This document shows, in pieces, positions 17,810 to 26,126 of a stretch of 48,883 nt of DNA. The DNA comes from Bacteroidota bacterium. GTDB lineage: Bacteria; Bacteroidota; Ignavibacteria; UBA10030. Positions within the stretch are counted from its first letter, which is position 1, and every line of letters starts with the position of its first letter. The stretch is taken from NCBI GenBank assembly GCA_040882165.1, contig JBBEBV010000008.1, forward strand, positions 1 through 48,883. Reading direction: 5' to 3'. The translations under genes and the position numbers were made by a program. Under the pieces are notes generated by a model. It saw only the letters and a program-made list of their open reading frames with translations. It was not told where the DNA came from and ran no database searches.

Positions 17810-19027
17810 ATGGCAACGTTCACCGTTCAACAGAACCTTGAACTTCTCGGCAAATACCGCTATACCGAAATCCAGTGCATGGAGATCATGGGAAGCTGGG
17901 CCTACACCATGGTCGATCCGGAAATCAAGATCGGCTTTGGCAGGGGGATGTTTCAGGATTCGGTGCACGCGGATCTGATCGGCAAGCGGATCCCGGAATT
18001 GAAAGGGCGCTCGGAGCGCTATCACTCTATTCCACCGAGCGATGACTATGTTCGGTTGCTGGAAAAAATCTGGATGCAGCCGGACGAGCTTCTCCGCATG
18101 GTCGCGCTCTACCATGTGATCAAACCGGCGCTCGTCGTTGCCTACAAACGCCATCTCGATCATCTGGAACTTCCGGCGGATGAGCCGACAGCCTATATCC
18201 TTCGCCACATCGCGGATGAGGAGCAGGATCACATCGATTGGGGAAAAAAGGTCGTTCACCGCCTTGTCCAGAATTCCAAAAGCGCTGATGAAACAGCGTC
18301 ATGGCAACACGAACTTGAGCAACAATTGCAGGCGGCAGGCGGTGCATGGGGGGAGGGACTCAAACCCGGGACCTACTCCTTTGCAAAGATCCATCCGCAC
18401 AGCAAGCTCCCCACCCGGGACATCCGGTGGAACGTCATGCAGACTCCCTCGGATTTTACCGAGAAAAACTGGTCCTTTGACAACCAGGAAGGAAAACAAC
18501 ACCTCCTGCACGACCTGCTGAACAGCGAGTTCATCACAGTGGAGCGGATGGGGCGAATCCTGTCCGACTGTCCCGACATCCCGTGGCAAATGAAGCTCGA
18601 TATGGCGCGACAGGCTTGGGACGAAGCGCGGCACGCAGAAATCGTGCAGCGACGCCTGGAAGAGCTGGGGGGTCATGTTGGTATGTTCCCGACAAGCTGT
18701 TTCGGATGGGAACAGGATGTGAACCGCAAGGATCCGCTGGAGCGGCTGGCGTTGTCGAATATGACCTTCGAGAGTGAAAGCTGCAAGCATCTCCGTGACT
18801 GGATTGCGAAGGCAAAAAAAACCGGTGATACGCGGTCACAACAACTCGTGGAATTCCTACTGGCCGATGAAGTGAACCACGTCCTGTATGGAATCCACTG
18901 GATCGATGAATTGACGAGAAACGATCCCCAACGTCGGGAACGAGTCCTGGGTTACCCCGACCAGGTGCTGGCAGATCAACATCCGGTTGGCGTCTATTTC
19001 AAGGAAACGGTTAACGCGGTGAAGTGA
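17810..19027 (+). CDS. tandem ferritin-like (DUF455-type) putative di-iron carboxylate protein
   Basis: Trimmed from 17735 to the ATG at 17810, which sits 8 nt after a strong AAGGAGG. The C-terminal half has E / ExxH / E / ExxH spacing (SEFITVE, DEARHAE, FESES, ADEVNHV). The N-terminal half has a second set (TEIQCME, QDSVHAD, ADEEQDH). Confidence 0.6.
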   Translation: MATFTVQQNLELLGKYRYTEIQCMEIMGSWAYTMVDPEIKIGFGRGMFQDSVHADLIGKRIPELKGRSERYHSIPPSDDYVRLLEKIWMQPDELLRMVALYHVIKPALVVAYKRHLDHLELPADEPTAYILRHIADEEQDHIDWGKKVVHRLVQNSKSADETASWQHELEQQLQAAGGAWGEGLKPGTYSFAKIHPHSKLPTRDIRWNVMQTPSDFTEKNWSFDNQEGKQHLLHDLLNSEFITVERMGRILSDCPDIPWQMKLDMARQAWDEARHAEIVQRRLEELGGHVGMFPTSCFGWEQDVNRKDPLERLALSNMTFESESCKHLRDWIAKAKKTGDTRSQQLVEFLLADEVNHVLYGIHWIDELTRNDPQRRERVLGYPDQVLADQHPVGVYFKETVNAVK

Positions 19028-19103
19028 ATGCCTGACCGGCCAGACCCCTGTATTGCATCCTGAATTCACAAATCATCCATTCTTCTTAAGAAGTACGACC
19101 CCT

Positions 19104-20000
19104 ATGAAGCTTGCACAGTTTGAAGACGCGCAGGGATACTGCATCGGCATCGAACAGAACAAATCCTGGATCAACTATACCGATGCCGAGGCGGCATACA
19201 CCTCCATCACCCACCGGGTGGTGGTTGAACCCACCACCACCATATTGCAGCTGATCGAGGATGGCCGTTTCGACGTTGCGGAATTCAAAGCCGTTCTCCG
19301 TTTTTTGAAACAACACAGCCTGGAAAAGCAATATCGAATCGGAAACGAGGCGGTGATGAAAGCTCCCATTATGCGTCCCCCGAAAATCGTGGCACTTGGT
19401 CTGAACTACGTTCTGCACGCGAAAGAGGGAAATTTTCAGGTCCCGAAGGAGCCGATCATTTTTGCCAAAGCCGGATCGTCGGTGACGGGACCGGGCGAAA
19501 CGATTCTGCTCCCACGCGGGATTGGACACATGAGCCATGAAGTCGAGCTCGCGGTGGTGATAGGGCGGCGTGCGACGCAGGTGAGGAAAAAGGACGCATA
19601 CAAATACGTTGCAGGATACACCATTGCCAACGACGTCACTGCCCGTGATCAGCAAACGAAGGACCTTACCGTGCGTCACCCATGGTTCCGTTCGAAGAGT
19701 TACGATACGTTCACGCCGCTCGGACCATGGATTATCACCTCCGACGAGATCAAACCGCCGATCCGCCTGAAACTGCAGTGCCGGGTCAATGGGAAGATCC
19801 GGCAGAATGCCAACACGCGTGACCTGGTGTTTGATATTCCGACGATCATCGAGTTCGTCACAAGGAACATGGCGCTGGATCCCGGGGATATTATCTCGAC
19901 GGGAACGCCGGAAGGAATCGGTCCCATCAAACATGGTGATACGGTCTCCTGCCGCATCGAGAAAATCGGTGAATTGCAGAACGTTGCGCGAAATCAATGA
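19104..20000 (+). CDS. fumarylacetoacetate hydrolase (FAH) family hydrolase/hydratase
   Basis: Trimmed from 19053 to the ATG at 19104. FAH blocks are present: PPKIVALGLNYVLHAKE, HEVELAVVIG and GYTIANDVTARD. Confidence 0.85.
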   Translation: MKLAQFEDAQGYCIGIEQNKSWINYTDAEAAYTSITHRVVVEPTTTILQLIEDGRFDVAEFKAVLRFLKQHSLEKQYRIGNEAVMKAPIMRPPKIVALGLNYVLHAKEGNFQVPKEPIIFAKAGSSVTGPGETILLPRGIGHMSHEVELAVVIGRRATQVRKKDAYKYVAGYTIANDVTARDQQTKDLTVRHPWFRSKSYDTFTPLGPWIITSDEIKPPIRLKLQCRVNGKIRQNANTRDLVFDIPTIIEFVTRNMALDPGDIISTGTPEGIGPIKHGDTVSCRIEKIGELQNVARNQ

Positions 20001-21100
20001 AGATCGACCGCATCACCCTCGCGCATGTCCGCGTCCCGCTCGTCGAGCCTTTCAGAATCAGCAACGGTGAGGTGAGCGAGAAGGACGGTATTCTCGTCGG
20101 CGTCGCCAGTGAAGGATTGGTCGGGTGGGGTGAGGCATCCCCGATGTCCGGGGGATTTTATTCAGATGATACTCCCGACTCCGTCTGGGTCCACCTTGTG
20201 GAAAAACTCATTCCGGAGATCCTCCGACGAAAACCTGATTCCCTTGAGGAGGTCAACGCATTGCTTGATGGATCAGAGACAAGTCCATTTGCACGGGCCG
20301 GTCTTGAAACTGCCTTCTGGGACCTCAAAGCTCAAAAGGGGAACGAGCCTCTTTTCCGGACCCTGGGTGGAACGAAGGGAAGTGTGGAGTCCGGACTGGC
20401 GGTCGGGATCTATCCGACGATTGACAAACTCCTTGCAGCGATCGAACGGTACCTTGGTGAGGGCTATAAACGGGTCAAAATCAAGGTTCAGCCCGGATGG
20501 GACATCGAACCGTTGCTCGCGGTGCGGGGCGAGTTCGGTCGGATCCCCCTCATGGTCGATGCAAACTGCGCCTACACGCAGAAGGATCTGGACCACCTCC
20601 AGGCGTTCGACGACTTTGAACTTATCATGATCGAACAACCGCTGCCCAAAGAGGACCTGGAGGGGCATGCAGCGTTGCAGGCCATGGTCCGGACCCCGGT
20701 TTGCCTGGACGAAGGGGCCAAAGATTCCGCGACTGTCCGTCGGGCAATCGAAATGAAGAGCTGTAAAATTGTGAACATCAAGATTCAACGGGTCGGTGGA
20801 TTGATGCATGCGAAAGAAATTCACGATATCTGTGCCAATGCAGGGGTCCCTGTCTGGGCGGGAACGATGCCGGAACTTGGAATCGGCGGCGCGCAGACCG
20901 TGCACCTTGCCACGCTTCCCAATTTCGCCTATCCGACAGATGTCGAGTCTTCCGCGCGGTGGTTCGTCGACGACATCATCGAACCGTTGATCGAAGTCAA
21001 GGATGGATGGATCACCATCCCTCCCGGTGCGGGAAATTGTCATACGGTTTCTGAATCAAAAATAAAAAAATTCGAAGTGCGGAAGGAATCGTTTTCCTGA
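19997..21100 (+). CDS. enolase-superfamily enzyme, muconate-lactonizing-enzyme subgroup (OSBS / N-acylamino-acid racemase / dipeptide epimerase-like)
   Basis: 367 aa. The start overlaps the upstream stop (ATGA). It has the KxK motif (RVKIKV), metal ligands in VDANCAY, IEQPL and CLDEG, and a second base Lys in NIKIQRVGG. Confidence 0.8.
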   Translation: MKIDRITLAHVRVPLVEPFRISNGEVSEKDGILVGVASEGLVGWGEASPMSGGFYSDDTPDSVWVHLVEKLIPEILRRKPDSLEEVNALLDGSETSPFARAGLETAFWDLKAQKGNEPLFRTLGGTKGSVESGLAVGIYPTIDKLLAAIERYLGEGYKRVKIKVQPGWDIEPLLAVRGEFGRIPLMVDANCAYTQKDLDHLQAFDDFELIMIEQPLPKEDLEGHAALQAMVRTPVCLDEGAKDSATVRRAIEMKSCKIVNIKIQRVGGLMHAKEIHDICANAGVPVWAGTMPELGIGGAQTVHLATLPNFAYPTDVESSARWFVDDIIEPLIEVKDGWITIPPGAGNCHTVSESKIKKFEVRKESFS

Positions 21101-21135
21101 TCACGCGTCCTCAAACGATCAAGGTCGTAGTACTC

Positions 21136-22911
21136 TTGAGATTCGTTCATCCATCCATCATCAGTATTTTACTTCTGATCTCCATGTCTACCCGTGCCCA
21201 GAATGTAAATTGGGTTGAGTCGACCCTGGCCTCCATGACCCTGGAGGAGAAGGTGGGACAGTTATTCATTGCGGACCTCATTGCGGTGTATTCCCACCAC
21301 GAGAGCGAAAACTATCGCCTCGCGAAAGAGCGGGTCATCAGGCATCACGTCGGAGGATTTGTGATTGCCGGAGGGACCGTATCCGACATTGCACTGATGA
21401 CCAACGCGCTGCAAAAACTCTCCCGAACACCCCTTCTCATCAATGCCGACCTTGAAGGAGGGCTTTGGTTCCTTCACCCGTACCGTTGGGTGCGCGGACG
21501 GGCCCCCGAGTTACCCCGGTACGTCAGTGGCGGAGGAACGGTGTTCCCATCGGCGATGGGAATCGGAGCAACGGGCGATGTGAAGCATGCGTACGAATTT
21601 GGTCGTGTGACCGCGCGCGAATCGCGGGCGGTGGGAATTCACTGGTCCAACACCCCCGTAGCTGATGTCAACAACAATGCAAGAAATCCCATCATCAACA
21701 CACGCTCGTTCGGAGAAGATCCGGACCGGGTCGCAGCAATGGTGGAGGCCTACGTCAGGGGTTTGCAGGAGGAGAAAATGTTGGCGACCCTCAAACATTT
21801 TCCCGGTCACGGAGACACGGAAGAGGATACGCACATGAAATTACCGGTCCTCCCGTTTAATCGGGAGAGGCTTGAGAAAGTGGAGTTGGTGCCGTTCAAA
21901 GCCGGGATCGCGGCAGGAGCGAAAGCTGTCATGACTTCCCACCTTGCTCTCCCTCAACTCGATCCGGGAGGCCGTCCCGCCACCCTTTCGCCGGCAATTC
22001 TTACTGGTTTATTGAGAAAAAACCTCGGTTTTCAGGGTCTTGTCATTACCGATGGGATGACCATGCAGGGGATCACCGATCATTATACCGCCGGGGAGGC
22101 TGCTGTGCTGGCGATCGAAGCCGGCGCTGATGTCGTGTTGGTCCCTTCGGATTTTCGGGAGGCGTACACAGGGGTTCTCTCCGCTGTTCAATCGGGAAGA
22201 ATCAGCTCTACGAGGTTGGAGGAATCGGTCCGCAGGATTCTTGAGGCGAAGTCGTGGGTGGGTCTGGACCGCAATCGGTTTGTCGATATTCAAGCGATCT
22301 CCGGGGAGGTCGCGGCCCCCGAATCGGAGGCCTTGGCGACATCGGCCTTTCAAGCCTCCGTGACACTCTTGCGAAACGGAAAGAACACGGTTCCGCTGAA
22401 AGTCGGTACCAAGGTGCATGTCGTGACGATCAGTGATGAACCGGACAAACAGATCGGTGAAGCGTTGCACTCCGTTTTGCAGGCACGCGATTCCACAGCG
22501 ATGCTCTCCAGGCTTTCGAATGTCACGGGAAGCGAAGAGATTGCGCGCGTGCTCAAACAACTCTCCTCATCCGATATTGTGGTGGTGGGGATCTATCTGT
22601 CGGTTGGATCATGGAAGGGGACGCCCGGGTTCTCGAAACAAATCCGGAATTTCATCACGGCCCTCGGATCCCGGAGAAAGCCGGTGGCGATGGTAACGTT
22701 CGGCGATCCGTATGTGTTCGGCAAGCTCCCTTCCACGGACGTCATGATTGCTGCGTACTCCGGGTGGCGGAAGTCCGAAGAAGCGGTCGCCAAAGTACTC
22801 ATCGGTTCGGTGGGAACCACGGGGAAACTCCCCGTGACCATTCCCGGCAAGTTCAAAGCCGGTGAAGGCATTCAACTTCCGCCATCAGGCGGCGGTATGG
22901 AGGTACGATGA
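21136..22911 (+). CDS. secreted glycoside hydrolase family 3 (beta-N-acetylhexosaminidase / beta-glucosidase type)
   Basis: 591 aa from a TTG start, with the signal peptide MRFVHPSIISILLLISMSTRAQ and the GH3 signature KHFPGHGDTEEDTH. Confidence 0.85.
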   Translation: MRFVHPSIISILLLISMSTRAQNVNWVESTLASMTLEEKVGQLFIADLIAVYSHHESENYRLAKERVIRHHVGGFVIAGGTVSDIALMTNALQKLSRTPLLINADLEGGLWFLHPYRWVRGRAPELPRYVSGGGTVFPSAMGIGATGDVKHAYEFGRVTARESRAVGIHWSNTPVADVNNNARNPIINTRSFGEDPDRVAAMVEAYVRGLQEEKMLATLKHFPGHGDTEEDTHMKLPVLPFNRERLEKVELVPFKAGIAAGAKAVMTSHLALPQLDPGGRPATLSPAILTGLLRKNLGFQGLVITDGMTMQGITDHYTAGEAAVLAIEAGADVVLVPSDFREAYTGVLSAVQSGRISSTRLEESVRRILEAKSWVGLDRNRFVDIQAISGEVAAPESEALATSAFQASVTLLRNGKNTVPLKVGTKVHVVTISDEPDKQIGEALHSVLQARDSTAMLSRLSNVTGSEEIARVLKQLSSSDIVVVGIYLSVGSWKGTPGFSKQIRNFITALGSRRKPVAMVTFGDPYVFGKLPSTDVMIAAYSGWRKSEEAVAKVLIGSVGTTGKLPVTIPGKFKAGEGIQLPPSGGGMEVR

Positions 22912-23939
22912 CACTGGCAACATCGTTCCTTGGGCTGCAGCTGCAAAGCCCGTTACTTATTGCATCGGGGCCTGCGAGTCATGACGTAAACCAGGTCGCG
23001 CTTGCTGAGGAGCAGCATATCGGAGCCATCGTGCTCAAAACGGTGTGTTCGGACAAGTACGACCACATGCGCTACTGGCCACGACCGCGTTACAAGCTTC
23101 TCGACTGGGACAAACAGATCAGTGGCCGCTCGAAGTACTTTACACTGTATTCCTACGAACAGGGATACAGTGGCACGCTTCAGGATTACTGGGATTTCAT
23201 ACAAGCCTGTAAAGATCACGCAACGGTACCGATCGTCGGCAGTATCTTCGCCGATATTGCCGATGACTGGAAGGAACTCGCGCTCAAGGTTCAGGAGAGC
23301 GGTGCGGATGCCGTGGAGCTTGACATCTCTTCGCCGCACCGGCCGGGGAGCCTGGACTTTGAGACGACGTTCGTTGCCGCCATCGACGCCGTCGTGAAGG
23401 CCCTCCGGATTCCGGTTCTTGTCAAACTTGGTGCGGGACCGGATGTCATTCACCAATGCAAAGCCGCGGAGCGGTGTGGTGCATCGGCCGTAACGCTCTG
23501 TAATCGTATCCGGGGATTCGATGTCGACATTGAGACCCAACAACCGATTCTGCATGGCTACTATGCCGGGGTGGGTGGACCATGGGCAAAGTACTATACG
23601 TTCCGGCATGTCGCGGAAGCGGCCCAATCCATCAAGATCCCGATCAGCGCCACGGGCGGCGCAACGTCGGCCGAGGATATCATTAAATATGTTTTGCTGG
23701 GAGCCAGCACGGTGCAGATCCTTTCGGTGATCTTGGTCAATGGGTGGGAATCGATAGCCCAAATCCATGCCGATCTTGCTGCGTATATGCAGCGAAAAGG
23801 AATTCATTCCCTGGAAGAGATCCGTGGAAAGGCCCTGAAAACAATGACCCTGCCGGAAGATATTGTCCGATGGTCGGGGGAACCGAAGACCGGCGCCCGG
23901 AATGTGTGGAAACCCGTGGAAGACCATGGCCACTCCTGA
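22908..23939 (+). CDS. dihydroorotate/dihydropyrimidine dehydrogenase (PreA)-like flavin oxidoreductase
   Basis: 343 aa. The start overlaps the upstream stop (ATGA). It has LQLQSPLLIASGP and GAIVLKT. The active-site loop reads ELDISSPHRPG, where the DPD/PreA family has ELNLSCPHG. Confidence 0.7.
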   Translation: MTLATSFLGLQLQSPLLIASGPASHDVNQVALAEEQHIGAIVLKTVCSDKYDHMRYWPRPRYKLLDWDKQISGRSKYFTLYSYEQGYSGTLQDYWDFIQACKDHATVPIVGSIFADIADDWKELALKVQESGADAVELDISSPHRPGSLDFETTFVAAIDAVVKALRIPVLVKLGAGPDVIHQCKAAERCGASAVTLCNRIRGFDVDIETQQPILHGYYAGVGGPWAKYYTFRHVAEAAQSIKIPISATGGATSAEDIIKYVLLGASTVQILSVILVNGWESIAQIHADLAAYMQRKGIHSLEEIRGKALKTMTLPEDIVRWSGEPKTGARNVWKPVEDHGHS

Positions 23940-24255
23940 CTCCAAATATCGCGGGCTCGATCCGATTCCACCCCCGTTCAGCAAAGAGTTTCCACCGGTC
24001 GCGCTCGTCGTCGAAGAGAAATGTATCGCGTGCGATCGATGCGTGCCCGTCTGCTTCTTCGATGCCTTGGTGATGGAGTCCCGGCCCGGCCACAAGTATC
24101 ACCGGACAGCGCTCGTGATCCCCGAAAATTGCACCGGGTGCGGATTGTGTTTTGAAGCATGCCCGGTGGAGGCGATCATCTGGGTTCCCGATATGGAAGA
24201 GGCAAAGCCCAAGACACGCCCGGGCGAATCCGTCATGAAGGATGCCGACGTATGA
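23926..24255 (+). CDS. 2x[4Fe-4S] ferredoxin-domain protein
   Basis: Trimmed from 23863 to the ATG at 23926, giving a 14-nt overlap with the upstream gene. It has two CxxCxxCxxxCP-type clusters: CIACDRCVPVC and CTGCGLCFEACP. Confidence 0.8.
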   Translation: MATPDSKYRGLDPIPPPFSKEFPPVALVVEEKCIACDRCVPVCFFDALVMESRPGHKYHRTALVIPENCTGCGLCFEACPVEAIIWVPDMEEAKPKTRPGESVMKDADV

Positions 24256-24869
24256 GAATTCTTGATCTGACACATCCCCTTTCGGATTCTGTTCCGGTGT
24301 ACTTTGCCTGGCATCCCAAAACAGAGTTGGTGAAAACGGCGAACTACCGTGATCATCGCTGTGAAGTGACGCGGGTCAGTGTCGGCACACACACGGGAAC
24401 GCACATTGACGCGCCGAGCCATGTGTTCGAGGGGGCGCCCCGGATCGATCAGTACGACCCGAAGCTCTGGGTGAAGGAGGCGCAGGTGCTTGACTTCACC
24501 CCCCGCGAACCACGCAAGGAAATTACAAGGGCTGAGCTGCAGGGAAAACTCAAACGCAAAGGGCTCGGGGTGGTGATCAAAACGGGCTGGGATGTTCACT
24601 TTGGGAAGGAAGATTACTACAAAACCTATCCCCCGTTGTCAGCGGAAGGAGCGGAGTTCCTTGTCGAGATGGAGGTCCCCATCCTGGCTGCCGATACGCC
24701 GTACACCCTCGACGTTCACTACATTTGTCTGAGGAAGGGAATTCCGCTCGTCACGAATATCAACCACACGTCCCAGCTTCAGGAGGGAATGATCAAACTG
24801 ATTGCAGCACCGTTGCTCATCCGGGACGGCGATGGGGCTCCGGCCCGCGTGCTTGCAATCCTTGAATAA
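24252..24869 (+). CDS. putative cyclase / kynurenine formamidase-like metal-dependent hydrolase
   Basis: Trimmed from 24159 to the ATG at 24252 (ATGA overlap). The PF04199-type motif GTHTGTHIDAPSH is present. Confidence 0.75.
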   Translation: MRILDLTHPLSDSVPVYFAWHPKTELVKTANYRDHRCEVTRVSVGTHTGTHIDAPSHVFEGAPRIDQYDPKLWVKEAQVLDFTPREPRKEITRAELQGKLKRKGLGVVIKTGWDVHFGKEDYYKTYPPLSAEGAEFLVEMEVPILAADTPYTLDVHYICLRKGIPLVTNINHTSQLQEGMIKLIAAPLLIRDGDGAPARVLAILE

Positions 24870-24923
24870 TTCCATGGAGAACTCCTTCACCGATTGGATC
24901 CCGCGCTGGAAAAGGCGGAACCG

Positions 24924-24946
24924 GATTCTCCCAACGATTCTCCCAA
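24924..24946. repeat. direct repeat GATTCTCCCAA x2 with 12-bp period
   Basis: Read directly from the 132-nt gap upstream of the M20 gene (gGATTCTCCCAAcGATTCTCCCAAt). Confidence 0.8.
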
Positions 24947-25001
24947 TCCACTATTTCAGAATTTTGCCTTTGGGCGCGTAACAAGGAAACCAGGGAATAC
25001 G

Positions 25002-26126
25002 ATGGAACCGGTAGTGAAGCTTCTGGCAGACCTTGTCGCCATCCCCAGTATGAATCCGATGGGACGCACACGCTCGGGGAGGGAATACTCTGAGCAGGCA
25101 CTGGCGGAGTATCTTGCCGGATTTCTCAAGAAGTCCGGAATCGATGTCCAGCTCCAACAAGTGGCCCCCGGACGGCCGAACGTTCTTGCGTACGTGGATG
25201 CACGGGCATCAAAGACTATCCTGCTGGAAGCGCATCTTGACACAGTTCATGCGGACAACATGGCTGTCGAGCCGTTCGATCCAATCATCCGGGATGAAAA
25301 ACTTTACGGCCGGGGCTCCTGTGACACCAAGGGATCGATGGCCTGCTTCCTCCAGGCCGTCCTCAACGTGCTTGCCCGGGGTTCCTTGGGGCAGAACGTT
25401 GTCCTGCTTTTCGTCTCGGATGAAGAATACCGCTTCACCGGCGCGAAGTATGCCGCGGCGCAAGGATTGAAGGCCGACGCAGGCATAGCCGGTGAGCCAA
25501 CGCAATTGCGGATCGTTCGCGCACACAAAGGCGTTACACGATGGAAAGCCACGACCCGGGGCGTGGCTGCCCATTCCGCCTATCCGGAGCGAGGAAAAAA
25601 CGCCATTTACACAATGGCCAGGCTGATCTCCCGACTGGAGGAGTACGCAGAGACATTATTGCAGCAGTCCCCCCACGCGGGGCTTGGGACACCGACATTG
25701 AGCATAGGGGTTGTTGAAGGGGGACAAGCCGTCAACGTTGTGCCGGATCGGTGCTGGATCGAGATTGACCGGCGTTCCCTGCCGGGCGAAACGGCCGGAA
25801 GTATTCTTGATCCTATCCGGTCACTCCTGCACGATTTGCCGGATTGGGAATTTCAGGAGCCGTATCTCTCCGTGGCTGGCATGGATGTCCCGGAAAACGC
25901 GGCGGTGGTTCAAAAGCTTTCAGCCTCCGTCAGAGAGGTTCTGGGAGAGAGCCTTATCGAATCGGCGCAGTATGCAACCGATGCAGGGATCTATGCGGCT
26001 GCCGGCATCCCGACAGTGGTCTTTGGCCCGGGGAATATCGCTCAAGCTCATACGGATTCCGAGTACATTGAATTGAAACAACTACAACAGGCTGTTCATA
26101 TTGTTGAACGGTTCCTTACACTGTGA
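25002..26126 (+). CDS. M20-family metallo-deacylase/peptidase (ArgE/DapE-like)
   Basis: Trimmed from the TTG at 24894 to the ATG at 25002. M20 blocks are present: LVAIPSMNP, LEAHLDTV, GRGSCDTKG and VSDEE. Confidence 0.8.
   Translation: MEPVVKLLADLVAIPSMNPMGRTRSGREYSEQALAEYLAGFLKKSGIDVQLQQVAPGRPNVLAYVDARASKTILLEAHLDTVHADNMAVEPFDPIIRDEKLYGRGSCDTKGSMACFLQAVLNVLARGSLGQNVVLLFVSDEEYRFTGAKYAAAQGLKADAGIAGEPTQLRIVRAHKGVTRWKATTRGVAAHSAYPERGKNAIYTMARLISRLEEYAETLLQQSPHAGLGTPTLSIGVVEGGQAVNVVPDRCWIEIDRRSLPGETAGSILDPIRSLLHDLPDWEFQEPYLSVAGMDVPENAAVVQKLSASVREVLGESLIESAQYATDAGIYAAAGIPTVVFGPGNIAQAHTDSEYIELKQLQQAVHIVERFLTL

Noticed and set aside
19082-19093. A perfect 12-bp palindrome, CTTCTTAAGAAG, 11 nt upstream of the FAH start.
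   Set aside because: A 6+6 palindrome is expected by chance roughly a dozen times in a window this size. There are no second copy and no regulator nearby.
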